A stretch of 64,000 nt of DNA from a virus, in IMG/VR virus record IMGVR_UViG_3300045988_147522; one strand, written 5' to 3'. Positions 45,971 to 55,074 of the stretch are shown here, one piece after another. Every line of letters begins with the position of its first letter. Within the stretch, counting starts at the first letter, position 1. The position numbers and the translations under genes are program-made. Below the pieces are notes generated by a model. That model worked only from the letters and a program-made list of their open reading frames with translations, ran no database searches and had not been told where the DNA came from.

Positions 45971-46582
45971 TTGAAAGATTGGACAGGAAATAGTAAAAGT
46001 GTTCATTCCGTTTTAGGAGCTTCTAACCACTCTCTTAAAGAGAGGGGAACAAATGATTATTATGCCACAGAACCTAAAGCTGCTGAACTTCTACTTGAAG
46101 TAGAAGATTTCGCTCTTGATATTTGGGAATGTGCTTGTGGAGAATGCTATTTGTCTAAAGTATTTGAGGCTCACGGTTATAATGTTAAGTCAACAGATTT
46201 GATTTACCGTGACGGAGGAATGTCTGAAACATTCGATTTTTTAGCAGAGTCAAAACCTAATTCGTGGAACGGCAGTATTGTTACAAACCCACCTTATAAA
46301 TATGCTTATGAATTTGTAGAAAAAGCGTTAGATACAGTTACCGAAGGCAACAAAGTGGCAATGTTTCTTAAACTGCAATTTCTTGAGGGCAAAAAAAAAC
46401 GAAGAAAATTATTTGACAGCAATCCGCCACAAACAGTTTATGTATCGAGTTCAAGACTTTTGTGTGCCAAAAATGGAGAATTTGATAAAATGCGAGCAGA
46501 TGGTGGTAGTGCCGTAGCTTATGCTTGGTATGTGTGGCAAAAAGGGTATAAAGGAAACACAATTGTTAAGTGGATTAATTGA
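45971..46582 (+). CDS. DNA methyltransferase (NPPY class, N6-adenine or N4-cytosine)
   Basis: IWECACGECYL (motif I-like) and IVTNPPYKY (motif IV). No partner restriction enzyme seen. Confidence 0.7.
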   Translation: MKDWTGNSKSVHSVLGASNHSLKERGTNDYYATEPKAAELLLEVEDFALDIWECACGECYLSKVFEAHGYNVKSTDLIYRDGGMSETFDFLAESKPNSWNGSIVTNPPYKYAYEFVEKALDTVTEGNKVAMFLKLQFLEGKKKRRKLFDSNPPQTVYVSSSRLLCAKNGEFDKMRADGGSAVAYAWYVWQKGYKGNTIVKWIN

Positions 46583-46592
46583 GGAGAATGAT

Positions 46593-46790
46593 ATGCGAAT
46601 TATTGTTGATATGATAACAATTATAGTGCTACTGGTATGTGTAGCACTTAACATAGGTGCTACTGTTTACGAACATAAAACTATATATCCAAACAAAAAA
46701 GCATTACAAAACATTTATTGGTACACATACCTTATTGTACTCGTAGATCTTGGTATTATGTGGGGTGCGCAGATAGGAAGTCATTTTTAA
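46593..46790 (+). CDS. Small membrane protein (2 TM)
   Basis: ATG after gaggaga. Confidence 0.5.
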   Translation: MRIIVDMITIIVLLVCVALNIGATVYEHKTIYPNKKALQNIYWYTYLIVLVDLGIMWGAQIGSHF

Positions 46791-46800
46791 GGAGGTATAT

Positions 46801-47073
46801 ATGAAATACATCAAAAAAGCAATACCAATTGAAGCCTTCCAGTATAAAGGCGATTTTATTGAAAATGGGGAATATTGTATTCCTGAATGGGCGATTAAAG
46901 CGTATGAAGATGGCTTGCTTTATTATAAAGATGAAGGAGATTTATATATCCATACGCTTGAAGGTGAAATGAAATGCAGTTTTAACAGCTACATAGTTCA
47001 GGGTGTAAGAGGTGAGATTTTTCCTTGTAGACAGAACATTTTTGAGAAAAGATATATGAAGGTGGAAGAATGA
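46801..47073 (+). CDS. Hypothetical protein
   Basis: SD AAGGAGG. Confidence 0.5.
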   Translation: MKYIKKAIPIEAFQYKGDFIENGEYCIPEWAIKAYEDGLLYYKDEGDLYIHTLEGEMKCSFNSYIVQGVRGEIFPCRQNIFEKRYMKVEE

Positions 47074-47315
47074 AGAAAAGAATATCTGCTTGTGTTGTAA
47101 TTATTATTATGATTTCGGTATTATTTAGTGGTTGTGCATCTATCAAAGCATCAATTAAAACCAGCGATATGTTTGAATACATAGGGTATAGTCCAGAAGC
47201 CAACTCTGAAATTGTCTATGATACAGAAACTAAAGTTATGTACGCTGTTCTTAGTAACAGATGTATGACTTTGCTCGTTGATGAAAACGGTAAGCCAAAA
47301 CTTTGGAAAGAATAA
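47070..47315 (+). CDS. Lipoprotein (paralog of 5859-6128)
   Basis: Lipobox LFSGC. Shared C-terminus LLVDENGKPKLWKE. Confidence 0.7.
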   Translation: MKKRISACVVIIIMISVLFSGCASIKASIKTSDMFEYIGYSPEANSEIVYDTETKVMYAVLSNRCMTLLVDENGKPKLWKE

Positions 47316-47348
47316 AATTTAGGATTTAAAAGGAAAGAGGTGAAATAT

Positions 47349-48041
47349 ATGTTTTACATTACTGGTGATTTACATGGTGAATATGACATACATAAACTGA
47401 GTTCTAAACGATTTCCAATGGGCAACAATCTAACACGAGATGATTACCTAATTATTTGTGGTGACTTTGGTTTAGTATGGAACAATGGAAATTCTGAAGT
47501 GTATTGGCGAGATTGGCTTAATAATAAACCGTGGACAACCTTGTTTGTAGATGGTAACCACGAAAAATTCCCTTTGCTGAATCATTATCCTATAACTACA
47601 AAGTGGGGTGGAAAAGTGCATCAGATTGAAGATAATATTTATCATCTAATGCGTGGACAAGTATTTGAAATTGATAGCAAAACATTTTTTACAATGGGCG
47701 GTGCATCGAGCCACGATATACAGTATCGCACAAAGAATGTTGATTGGTGGGAAGAAGAACTACCCAATGAAGCTGAAATGCAGGAAGGGTTGGCAAATCT
47801 TGATAAGTATAACTGGAAGGTAGACTGTGTAATTACGCACTGTGCTCCAACCGAATTTATCGCCAGTTGTATCAATATGAGGTACAGTCCAGACACTTTA
47901 ACCGAATACCTACAGCACATTGATGACAAGTTGGATTATAAACATTGGTATATGGGACATTATCACCTTGATGTTGCATTTGGTTCGGATTCAGAAAAGC
48001 AAAAGCATATTTTGTATAACTATGTGGATATGATTGATTAA
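47349..48041 (+). CDS. Calcineurin-like metallophosphoesterase
   Basis: GDLHG, GDFG and GNHE motifs. Confidence 0.75.
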   Translation: MFYITGDLHGEYDIHKLSSKRFPMGNNLTRDDYLIICGDFGLVWNNGNSEVYWRDWLNNKPWTTLFVDGNHEKFPLLNHYPITTKWGGKVHQIEDNIYHLMRGQVFEIDSKTFFTMGGASSHDIQYRTKNVDWWEEELPNEAEMQEGLANLDKYNWKVDCVITHCAPTEFIASCINMRYSPDTLTEYLQHIDDKLDYKHWYMGHYHLDVAFGSDSEKQKHILYNYVDMID

Positions 48042-48062
48042 TATAGAAAGGACGACAAATAT

Positions 48063-48212
48063 ATGGGAATAGTAGTTTACCTTATATCGCTTTATTTATT
48101 AAACGCAAATGGGACTATAGCACCTGAATCATATTTGTTTTCAGTATGGTGCTTTACTATTGTAGGTGTGATAGTAGATATAATTTTCAGCAGTTTTAAG
48201 AGTCTTGAATAA
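48063..48212 (+). CDS. Small membrane protein (49 aa)
   Basis: SD aaaggac. Two hydrophobic segments. Below the track cutoff. Confidence 0.45.
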   Translation: MGIVVYLISLYLLNANGTIAPESYLFSVWCFTIVGVIVDIIFSSFKSLE

Positions 48213-48235
48213 AAAATAATTAAGGAGAATTAAAT

Positions 48236-48661
48236 ATGGAAATTAAAATTAAATACTTTACAGACATCGAAAAGATTAAACAAATTCCAAACGGAGATTG
48301 GGTTGACTTAAGGTCGGCTATTGATATTACACTCAAAAAGGGTGAGTTTACTATTATTCCACTCGGAGTAGGAATGAAGTTGCCGTTTGGCTACGAGGCT
48401 CACATTGTACCAAGAAGTAGCACTTACAAGAATTATGGCATTATTCAGACAAATCACATGGGAGTAATTGACAACTCCTATTCGGGCGATAACGACCAAT
48501 GGGGTATGCCCGTAATTGCAATGAGAGATACAACCATACATAAAAACGATAGGATTTGTCAGTTTCGCATCACACAGAAACAGCCTGATTTTGAGTTTAC
48601 AGAAGTAGAATGTCTTGACACAAAAAGCCGTGGTGGCTTTGGCTCAACAGGCAAGCAGTAA
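48236..48661 (+). CDS. dut: dUTP diphosphatase
   Basis: [35 protein letters not shown]. Confidence 0.85.
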   Translation: MEIKIKYFTDIEKIKQIPNGDWVDLRSAIDITLKKGEFTIIPLGVGMKLPFGYEAHIVPRSSTYKNYGIIQTNHMGVIDNSYSGDNDQWGMPVIAMRDTTIHKNDRICQFRITQKQPDFEFTEVECLDTKSRGGFGSTGKQ

Positions 48662-48673
48662 GGAGGAATAACT

Positions 48674-49030
48674 GTGATTACATATAATGATTTTGAAAGA
48701 TATCTTGCCAAAATTCAAAGAATCCATGAACTTGAAGATAAGATTTTGAATCTTGGTGACGAGTATAGTGATTTGGTTTTAGAGTATGTGTCGCCATTTG
48801 CATATCATGGCGTAACTATGGAAGATGAACTTATTGACTGTCTCGAAAAAGGTTTAAACCTTAAGCCTGATGAATACGGTGACACTTGGGTATCATATTG
48901 GGTTTGGGAGACAGATTGTGGTCAAAGAAATACAATTGTAGAAATTGACAATAAAGAAGTAAGCATTGCAGAAATTGCTAACTTGTGGAAAGTTATCGAA
49001 TGGGAAAAGTCGGGAGAATTGAATGAATAA
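48674..49030 (+). CDS. Hypothetical protein
   Basis: GTG start after AAGGAGG. Confidence 0.5.
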   Translation: MITYNDFERYLAKIQRIHELEDKILNLGDEYSDLVLEYVSPFAYHGVTMEDELIDCLEKGLNLKPDEYGDTWVSYWVWETDCGQRNTIVEIDNKEVSIAEIANLWKVIEWEKSGELNE

Positions 49031-49640
49031 ACAAACGATTGTAGTTAATCTTTATGGTCAGCCTTCCTGTGGTAAATCCACAGGGGCTGCTTATATATTT
49101 AGTCAGTTGAAAATGAGGGGTATTGACACGGAACTTGTAACCGAAACGGCTAAAGATATAGTATGGGAGCATAATGATACTGCCTTAACTAACCAATTAT
49201 ATATACTTGGCTTACACTCACAAAGATTTTGGAGACTGAGAAATCAGGTTAGAGTAATTGTAACTGACTCACCAATCCTGTTGACCGAAATTTATAACGC
49301 ATTTGAAAAGTGTGGTTTTTACCCCTCAAAATCCATTGAAAAGTGTGTAAATGATACCGCCGAAGCGTTTAGTTCTCTCTTTGATAACTTAAATTTCTTT
49401 GTTAAGTCTGCTAAAAAATATAATCCAAATGGTAGATTACAAACCGAAATTGAAGCAAATAATATAGGTACACGAATTGAATCAATGCTAATTGACAAGA
49501 ATATCCCATATGAAATTATCAAAGGTAACCAAAAGGGGTACGATAAAGCCGTACAACTAATTGTGGATTACATTGACCGAGAGGACAAAATGGATGCTAT
49601 TAAAGAGGATAGAGAAAGGAACGGATTGAATGTTGTTTGA
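49023..49640 (+). CDS. P-loop NTPase/kinase-like protein
   Basis: LYGQPSCGKST Walker A. VIVTDSP Walker-B-like. Confidence 0.5.
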   Translation: MNKQTIVVNLYGQPSCGKSTGAAYIFSQLKMRGIDTELVTETAKDIVWEHNDTALTNQLYILGLHSQRFWRLRNQVRVIVTDSPILLTEIYNAFEKCGFYPSKSIEKCVNDTAEAFSSLFDNLNFFVKSAKKYNPNGRLQTEIEANNIGTRIESMLIDKNIPYEIIKGNQKGYDKAVQLIVDYIDREDKMDAIKEDRERNGLNVV

Positions 49641-49797
49641 GGTTTATAAAGACGGACAAGGCAAATTTATGTGTAGTGATACAAGCTGTTTGCCAACAGA
49701 AAATCAGCTTAAAAGCATGAACAAAAATGGGTATGAATTTAAGTTGAACGGTAAGAAAGCAACGCTAAAAAGTGTATTGAAATTAATTGGAAAGTAA
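49630..49797 (+). CDS. Small ORF (55 aa)
   Basis: Fills an otherwise unassigned gap and overlaps the upstream stop. Below the track cutoff. Confidence 0.4.
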   Translation: MLFEVYKDGQGKFMCSDTSCLPTENQLKSMNKNGYEFKLNGKKATLKSVLKLIGK

Positions 49798-49840
49798 ATA
49801 GAGATAATAACAATTTAATATTAGTTAGGTAGGTGTTCAT

Positions 49841-50038
49841 ATGAAACCAATGCTTACTCCAAAGGATATTATGGAAATTTTTGGTGTCAGTAAAAACACT
49901 GCGTATAAAATGGTTAGACAAAAAGGCTTTCCTTCGATTAAGGTGGGGAATAGGTATGTTGTTAGAGAAAGTTCCCTTGAGAAATGGATTGAAACGAACG
50001 AAGGTCGAGAATTTATTTTACTTGAAAGAAAAATTTGA
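49841..50038 (+). CDS. xis: Excisionase-type helix-turn-helix DNA-binding protein
   Basis: LTPKDIMEIFGVSKNTAYKMVRQKGFPSIKVGNRYVV..S.LEKWI. Adjacent to attP and int. Confidence 0.7.
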   Translation: MKPMLTPKDIMEIFGVSKNTAYKMVRQKGFPSIKVGNRYVVRESSLEKWIETNEGREFILLERKI

Positions 50039-50077
50039 AATTACAAAAAATTTTACCATAAATTTTTTCAAAAACTC

Positions 50078-50106
50078 TTGACTTTATTCGCTCCATCCGT
50101 TATAAT
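50078..50106 (+). promoter_or_regulatory. Sigma-A-type promoter reading into attP
   Basis: TTGACT, 17-nt spacer, TATAAT. Confidence 0.6.
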
Positions 50107-50229
50107 AGTCACTGTTGAGTTGAGAACAGACAACATTTTCAAAGTCACAACTGTTGTCAAACTGTTGTCAAATTCAAATTTTGAATTCAAAAAATGTAGT
50201 GTTTAAGCCAAAAGTAGACACTTCGACTA

Positions 50230-50279
50230 ACTGCCTTCTAAGCAGTAGGTCAGGGGTTCGAGTCCCTTTTGGCGCGCCA
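50230..50279 (+). other. 3' half of tRNA-Arg(TCT): anticodon arm through CCA (attP core)
   Basis: actgc-cTTCTaa-gcagt, variable loop aggtc, T arm agggg-ttcgagt-ccctt, then ttggcgc-g-cca. No matching 5' acceptor strand or D arm upstream. Confidence 0.75.
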
Positions 50280-50292
50280 ACCTAACAAATTA

Positions 50293-50348
50293 GAAAACCC
50301 TTGAAAAGTGGCTTAAATAGTGGCTTTTTGAGGGTTTTCTTGTTTTTG
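50293..50348 (+). terminator. Putative terminator supplied for the regenerated tRNA
   Basis: gaaaaccct / agggttttc stem with a large loop, followed by a T-rich run. Confidence 0.4.
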
Positions 50349-50501
50349 TCATTATACATAGCCTCGTTCACAGCGTGGCAAAACCTACTTGTTTTACCAA
50401 GTAGTACCAAGTAATACCAAATAAACTGTTGTCAAAACTGTTGTCAAAGTTTCAAAATTCTCTGACAACAGTTTTCAAAACACAAAATCGGAGGTCAATT
50501 T

Positions 50502-51731
50502 ATGAAAAACACAAAAAATGACAAAAACGCAAATCAACCAGTTCGTACCAGAAGAGACAACGGAGCAGGTTCAATTACCCTACGAAAAGACGGAAGATGG
50601 ATGGGTTCAATTCAGTACGGATATAAAGCTGACGGTAAACCAAAGCGCATTACCATCTACGGAAAAACACAGCAAGAAGTAAAGAAAAAACTAAGAGAGA
50701 AAAGTGAAGAGTTTGTTAAAAACGATGGCAATATCATATTAGCTAAATCAATTAAGGATTGGTTTTCAGAATGGTTGTATAAGGAATTAAAATACACCTT
50801 AAAACCGAAAAGTTTTGATGCAAAAGAAAGAACAATCAATAAATTTATTATTCCAAATTTTGGTTATATACAAATCAACCAGTTGACATCTAAAGATGTT
50901 CAAGCCCTTATAAACAAAATGGTAAAACAAGGGTATTCTTTATCCCAAATAGATAAAGTAAGATCAACAATAGTGCAAAAATATCGCTTAGGTATGCAAA
51001 ATAATGAAGTAACAATAAACCCAGCACTAAATGTGAAATTGCCAGCATCATTAAAAGCCGAGGTAGAAACCAAACAAGTGTTAGCGTTGAGCGAAGAAGA
51101 AGTAAAAAAATTAACCGAACAGGCGTATAAAACATATCCTAATGGAACAAAAGTATACTCAAGAGGAGAATTTATTGTTTTCTTACTAAATACCGGATTA
51201 AGACTCGGAGAAGCAACCGCTTTAACATGGGACGATGTTGATTTTGATAACCATACAATTACTGTAAATAAAAGTTATGTTCAAGTGTTAAATCGGGACA
51301 AAAATAATATCAATCCGCAAACACAAAAACCTTATGCCTATACGATGATATTACAAAAGTCTCCGAAGACAACACGCAGTACAAGAGTTATACCACTAAA
51401 CAAAGAAGCCCAGAGAGCTTTAAAAGGATTGTGGGATTGTAACAAAAAATACGAATTGGTATGTGCTAACGAGAAAGGCAAACCTAATGATTCATCCAAC
51501 TTGAATAGAAGCTTAAAATATATGCTTAAGCAAGCAGGCATAAGCACCTCATACAGTGTTCATTCATTGCGTCACACCTTTGCCACACAGTTATTTCGTA
51601 ATCATGTAGACATAGAAATAATTAGTCAATTATTAGGACACGCAGACACTACGACAACCTATAACACCTACATTCATGTTATTCAGGCAGAAAAAATTGA
51701 AGCAGTTGGTTCGTTGGATTTTGTGAAATAA
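50502..51731 (+). CDS. int: Tyrosine recombinase / phage integrase
   Basis: TGLRLGEATAL, HSLRHTFATQL, LLGHADTTTTYNTYIH (R..HxxR..Y). Confidence 0.9.
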   Translation: MKNTKNDKNANQPVRTRRDNGAGSITLRKDGRWMGSIQYGYKADGKPKRITIYGKTQQEVKKKLREKSEEFVKNDGNIILAKSIKDWFSEWLYKELKYTLKPKSFDAKERTINKFIIPNFGYIQINQLTSKDVQALINKMVKQGYSLSQIDKVRSTIVQKYRLGMQNNEVTINPALNVKLPASLKAEVETKQVLALSEEEVKKLTEQAYKTYPNGTKVYSRGEFIVFLLNTGLRLGEATALTWDDVDFDNHTITVNKSYVQVLNRDKNNINPQTQKPYAYTMILQKSPKTTRSTRVIPLNKEAQRALKGLWDCNKKYELVCANEKGKPNDSSNLNRSLKYMLKQAGISTSYSVHSLRHTFATQLFRNHVDIEIISQLLGHADTTTTYNTYIHVIQAEKIEAVGSLDFVK

Positions 51732-51744
51732 AATACAAAAAAAA

Positions 51745-51773
51745 TAGGGGTAACTCAAATCGAGTTACCCCTA
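51745..51773. terminator. Bidirectional terminator between convergent int and cargo gene
   Basis: 12-bp perfect stem taggggtaactc / gagttaccccta, flanked by an A run and T-rich sequence. Confidence 0.7.
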
Positions 51774-51929
51774 AAATTTTAAAAACTATGTGAAGGTCAT
51801 TAACCCTCTCAATGCAAAACCTAATGGTTTTTGATACCTTATTTTGTTTCATCTCTGAGAACTTTACGCAGAGATTCTGCTCGTTTCTCAATAATGTTGT
51901 CAAAAATCATAACAATAACCTCTTGTAAA

Positions 51930-52967
51930 TCATTTTGTATTAACAGCATCACCATTGGTGCTTAGCCGTTGCATATAATAGTTACATAATTCGATACCAA
52001 TACGATTTCTGTAATTATCAACAAGACTGTTATTGAGATTATAAGCAAGAGTATTGCAGGCGTCTTGGATTACCTTTTGTGCATCAACTTTCTTACCAAG
52101 TGTTTTTAATAATTCATCTTCATCTACAATATGTTTTTTATAGGTTGCTATTGTAATTATCGCCTTAATATATTCTCCACTTGAATTACGAAGTGTTAGC
52201 AAGAAACACCCTATTGAACCTTTAAGATTTCCGTTTCCGTCAACTTGGTCTAAATTAGTAGTATAATAATGCCTATCGTTAAGTGCTTTTTGCTTGTCAT
52301 TAAAGAATACATAAGGACGCCCTATGTCTAATAAATGAGCAAAAGTAGATTGTTTATTAGAAATAATGTGTGAAATCGAAGCCGAATATTCGTCAATGTT
52401 GTACCAAGTATCTTTATCGGTAAATGGGAAATTACAGATTAAATTCGTGTGTATTTCTGATTTAGCGAAACTATGAGTTTTGTCCTTTAGCAAAACACTA
52501 ACACTGCGTGACAACTCATCTAATATATTTTGGATTTGACGACAAGGGTTAGTGTAAATCAACGGAGCGATTTGTCTACCTCTTACTACATTTTCTATTT
52601 CATGAATCTGTGTGTGTAACTTGTGTTTACATATCGTGTCTACACTGGAATTCACTTCAAGAAGTAAATCCCGCTCTGCTGTAATCTTATCCAACTCTTC
52701 TTTATCTTTGGTATGTATTTCACAATAGCGATCTACCACAGATATGCCTAAATTGAGCAACAGTACGACTACAGTTAATATCCACCCCAAAACTGTAAGA
52801 TACCGTCCTTTTGCACTATTCTCTGTTAGCCATCCGTTTCCAAAGAAAGCTAAAATTAAAGAGAACCATACGCCTGATAGTTTAACCAAAAACAAAGACA
52901 CTATCCAATTATCTTCAACTGCTTGATGAACCTTTAATATTGCAGTACCTAATTTATTATTTTCCAT
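51930..52967 (-). CDS. Two-TM membrane protein with cytoplasmic domain of unknown function (lysogeny-side cargo)
   Basis: Two N-terminal hydrophobic helices followed by a ~260-aa soluble domain. SD aagagga. Confidence 0.6.
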   Translation of the reverse strand: MENNKLGTAILKVHQAVEDNWIVSLFLVKLSGVWFSLILAFFGNGWLTENSAKGRYLTVLGWILTVVVLLLNLGISVVDRYCEIHTKDKEELDKITAERDLLLEVNSSVDTICKHKLHTQIHEIENVVRGRQIAPLIYTNPCRQIQNILDELSRSVSVLLKDKTHSFAKSEIHTNLICNFPFTDKDTWYNIDEYSASISHIISNKQSTFAHLLDIGRPYVFFNDKQKALNDRHYYTTNLDQVDGNGNLKGSIGCFLLTLRNSSGEYIKAIITIATYKKHIVDEDELLKTLGKKVDAQKVIQDACNTLAYNLNNSLVDNYRNRIGIELCNYYMQRLSTNGDAVNTK

Positions 52968-53115
52968 TCCTCTTGTTTTCTCCCTTACGAGGACTAATCG
53001 TCATCAAAATGGAATATTCTCTTACCTTAATGTTTCGCTTAACATTAAGTTTTTCACTTATCGCATATTGATACATTGTCCTATTTGGTTTTGCAACCAT
53101 ATCTTTAACACCCAT
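52957..53115 (-). CDS. Small basic protein (52 aa), first gene of the cargo cassette
   Basis: ATG after GGAGGA. The track start at 53145 precedes the SD. Overlaps the start of the downstream gene. Confidence 0.5.
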   Translation of the reverse strand: MGVKDMVAKPNRTMYQYAISEKLNVKRNIKVREYSILMTISPRKGENKRNGK

Positions 53116-53150
53116 AATTATCCTCCAAAAAACCAATCCTGACACCTCTC

Positions 53151-53179
53151 ATTTTACAATTTTTTACAATATATGTCAA
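53151..53179 (-). promoter_or_regulatory. Sigma-A-type promoter for the cargo cassette
   Basis: Minus strand: TTGACA, 17-nt spacer, TAAAAT. Confidence 0.65.
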
Positions 53180-53262
53180 TGGGTTTATTACATAAATGTA
53201 TCATAACACATTTATTTCAAAAAATATTTTATTTTATGTCAAATATATTTAAAAGGATTATT

Positions 53263-53409
53263 TTAATCCCATTTGATTTCATTTTTATTATACTTAGACA
53301 GCCTATCTAATATCCATTGCTTTTTATGGTGAGACTGATTGTCAAAATCCTTAACTTTATTTTTATCTACCTCAAAAGGCTGACTTGTCTGTACTGCAAG
53401 CACTGACAT
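53263..53409 (-). CDS. Small ORF (48 aa)
   Basis: SD aaaggatg region. Located after a T-run terminator. Below the track cutoff. Confidence 0.35.
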   Translation of the reverse strand: MSVLAVQTSQPFEVDKNKVKDFDNQSHHKKQWILDRLSKYNKNEIKWD

Positions 53410-53825
53410 TTTTAACATCCTTTCAAAAAAACAAAATTGGCGTTTATGACCATTGGTACGCCATAAACCAACCCACCTCTTTATCTTCCTCTATGTTGGT
53501 CAACCATAGTCTTATCTTCGCTCGTTGTCCAATTATTTTGAGTCGCTGGCATCGTGCTACGACCAAGAATCTAAGCTATTTTATCTGTATTCTACAGAAA
53601 GGTAGTTGCGTTCGCATTCCTGACATCTAAAGGTAGATGTTACCACTATATAAATCTGCTCAAGTGAGCTGACACTAAATGTCATAATTGCCTGTGAGTC
53701 CTCAGATTATCACAGGGCGATCACTAATATATTATACCCCATAAGCTCGAAAAGCATTGCAAGAATACCAAGACCGTGTACCCTAAAGTATCACAGTACG
53801 AACTTATGTGTTACCTTTTGGTATG

Positions 53826-54710
53826 TCAGCCGAGTGCCTTTTTTGCGTTGGCAATTTTCTTGTCTTTAGACCAATTGCAATCATTGATAAGATGATAGAT
53901 AACATTGATTGTTTTTTCATCTACAACGCCGCTAACCGTGATATTACCTGCTTTCTGTGCCTCTTTTACAGCTTTCAAAGTGCCGTCACCGAAACCGTTT
54001 GAATTATCGACTTTCGTCTTGATGATACCCATATTGTAGAGTGTAATCAACAGTTTCTTGAATGCAAGTGTTGCCGTATTATGTGAACCGTATTTAATCA
54101 TTTCCTCATTCTCCTCTGACTTTGATTTGATAATGTTTTTATTAATGATGACATCGGTATCAACATTACCGCTGATACCGCTGATTCTGCCGTTATCGGC
54201 GTTCTGCCATATATCGCAAGACTTGGATGGGTTGGATGACCACTGTGCAAGCCAAATACTGTACTTACTCCTGAGCCTTTCATAATCAAGATGATTATTG
54301 AGCCAGTTAAGATTACTGTACACTCCTGCACGATATCCGCCTGATTTGATAGCATCACAAAAAGCAATTGCAATGTTTGTCAGAGCAGACATACCGAGCC
54401 TTGTCTGACCGCTCTCTTCAAGGTCGTAATATACAGGTAATTCAAGCGTTTTGCCCTTAATACACGCAAGGCATACTTTAGCCTCCTGCTTTGCTTCTTC
54501 AGCAGAATAAGCATAAGAGTACCAGTATACACCGACCGCAAGACCTGCCCTCTTAGCGTTCTTGTAATGCGTTTCAAATTCAGAGTCTTTCTGATAGGTT
54601 TCTTTACCAAATCCTGCACGGATAATCACGGCGTCAATACCGCTGTTCTTAACTTTGTTGTAGTCAACCCCTGTTTGACAATAGCTAACATCAATAGCAG
54701 TAACTTTCAT
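53826..54710 (-). CDS. Endolysin: GH25 muramidase plus C-terminal peptidoglycan-binding domain
   Basis: IDVSYCQTGVDYNKV...DAVIIRAGFG...VGVYWYSYA. The C-terminal repeat resembles PG_binding_1. Confidence 0.85.
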   Translation of the reverse strand: MKVTAIDVSYCQTGVDYNKVKNSGIDAVIIRAGFGKETYQKDSEFETHYKNAKRAGLAVGVYWYSYAYSAEEAKQEAKVCLACIKGKTLELPVYYDLEESGQTRLGMSALTNIAIAFCDAIKSGGYRAGVYSNLNWLNNHLDYERLRSKYSIWLAQWSSNPSKSCDIWQNADNGRISGISGNVDTDVIINKNIIKSKSEENEEMIKYGSHNTATLAFKKLLITLYNMGIIKTKVDNSNGFGDGTLKAVKEAQKAGNITVSGVVDEKTINVIYHLINDCNWSKDKKIANAKKALG

Positions 54711-54712
54711 TG

Positions 54713-54985
54713 TTATTCCTCGCTTTCTGTAAATGATTTTTCCAAATCAATACCTTCCATAACCGCTCTTGCTTCAAGTACAGCGATATAATCTGTCATT
54801 GCTTTAATCTGCATATTGTATGTACTGCGTGGACAAGCCGGTGTAAATGCTAATTCGTTCTTGTCCCAATTATCAAGCATTTTCTTCAATCCCTTATAAC
54901 GAATTACCAATTGCTGATACTCGGCTATAAATCTTTCCTTGTAGTCCTCACTCATCATACCGTTAATTGTTTCTGCTAAAACCAT
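54713..54985 (-). CDS. Small helical protein (paralog of 44654-44884)
   Basis: See the 44654 ORF. Sits in the lysis cassette. Confidence 0.5.
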   Translation of the reverse strand: MVLAETINGMMSEDYKERFIAEYQQLVIRYKGLKKMLDNWDKNELAFTPACPRSTYNMQIKAMTDYIAVLEARAVMEGIDLEKSFTESEE

Positions 54986-55074
54986 AATAATTATTCCTCG
55001 CTTTCATCTGTTTTAAATTACAAAGCACCCACCTCAATTAAGAGATGAGTGCTAATTTTATGTATTGTATTTAA

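Larger units (their letters stand above)
50151..50471 (+). promoter_or_regulatory. attP region with arm-type repeats
   Basis: CTGTTGTCAAA occurs at 50151, 50162, 50426 and 50438, and inverted at 50463-50471. There is a 17-bp palindrome at 50171-50187. The repeats flank a tRNA-derived core. Confidence 0.7.

Noticed and set aside
50200-50279. Complete tRNA gene at the att site
   Set aside because: There is no 5' acceptor strand complementary to ttggcgc and no D arm upstream. Only the anticodon arm through the CCA is tRNA-like.
53385-53630. 81-aa plus-strand ORF, and a T-box-like element in the same region
   Set aside because: The ORF has no SD and runs against the local transcription direction. 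The GGTGG-containing segment does not fit the T-box consensus, and no aminoacyl-tRNA-related gene follows.
53808-54791. Plus-strand ORFs and out-of-frame minus-strand ORFs within the endolysin gene
   Set aside because: They are embedded in a gene with clear GH25 motifs in the main frame.
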